From Saccostrea cucullata (Eukaryota): a DNA stretch of 64,000 bases. Below the pieces are notes generated by a model. It made no database searches. It was not told where the DNA came from and was given only the letters and a program-made list of their open reading frames with translations. Shown piece by piece: positions 63,540 to 64,000 of this stretch. Each line of letters opens with the position of its first letter. The stretch's first letter is position 1. The translations under genes were made by a program, and so were the position numbers. The stretch covers positions 620,001 to 684,000 of the forward strand of contig NW_026940735.1 in assembly GCF_032062105.1 (NCBI RefSeq), given 5' to 3'.

Positions 63540-64000
63540 GAAATAATTTGTTTGTATCATCTGTCCTTAAGATCTTTTTCAAGTAAAATTCCAAATATGA
63601 AACAGATGTGTCAGACTCTGTGGTATCTTTCATCTCAAGCTCACTAGAATACGGTATATTGTACATGTATCGACGACATAAAAATGGAAATTACCATTGT
63701 GAATTGACAATACGTCGTCGATATATCTAAATGTCGAGTTGAATGCCTCAGCAAGTGTTTTCTTCTTTTAACGCTTAAGATTTTGGACAATTTCTGCTAC
63801 AAATAAATACAAAAATATGTCTGTTGATAACGGGGCGCAATTGGTACCCATGGGAATTCCAATAGATTGTTAGAGGACCTGTGCTGATGTCAACTTCAGA
63901 GTACTTGTGTGTACAATCAGAATGCAGAATGTTTTTTAACAAATAATTTTGCAAATGACCAATGACAAGGTAAGTGAATTTACCACTTCCACTTTTCTTG
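63540..64000 (-). mobile_element. Degenerate Penelope-like RT fragment (runs off the window end)
   Basis: - strand QSIGIPMGTNCAPL..TFRYIDDVLSI; same family as 59880-61051. Confidence 0.75.

Overview
AT-rich, intron-containing animal genomic DNA, very probably a bivalve (oyster-like gene families and repeats), with one assembly gap at 33202-33345. I assembled spliced gene models by hand. In order: a Mieap-domain-like gene (-) head-to-head with an HSPA12-type Hsp70 (+); PAM16 (-) head-to-head with LRRC59 (+); a PTCHD3-like sterol-sensing membrane protein (-); a Toll-like receptor (-) cleanly split in its LRR-CT cap by a 980-bp Helentron-type insertion; three tandem GM2-activator/ML-domain genes (+) sharing an N-terminal 'LPER' segment I do not recognise; and AIMP1 (-) head-to-head with a RING-NHL gene lacking B-box and coiled coil. 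Non-coding space holds tRNA-derived SINEs, Helentron-associated elements (one carrying a ~168-bp satellite), foldback MITEs, Ty3/Gypsy and Penelope-like RT remnants, and a minimal hammerhead-like motif. The best candidate for an undescribed system is the divergent HSPA12 / Mieap-domain pair: the partner's layout and C-terminal motif resemble GrpE, suggesting a co-regulated Hsp70 plus exchange-factor module. That is a hypothesis; no searches were run.
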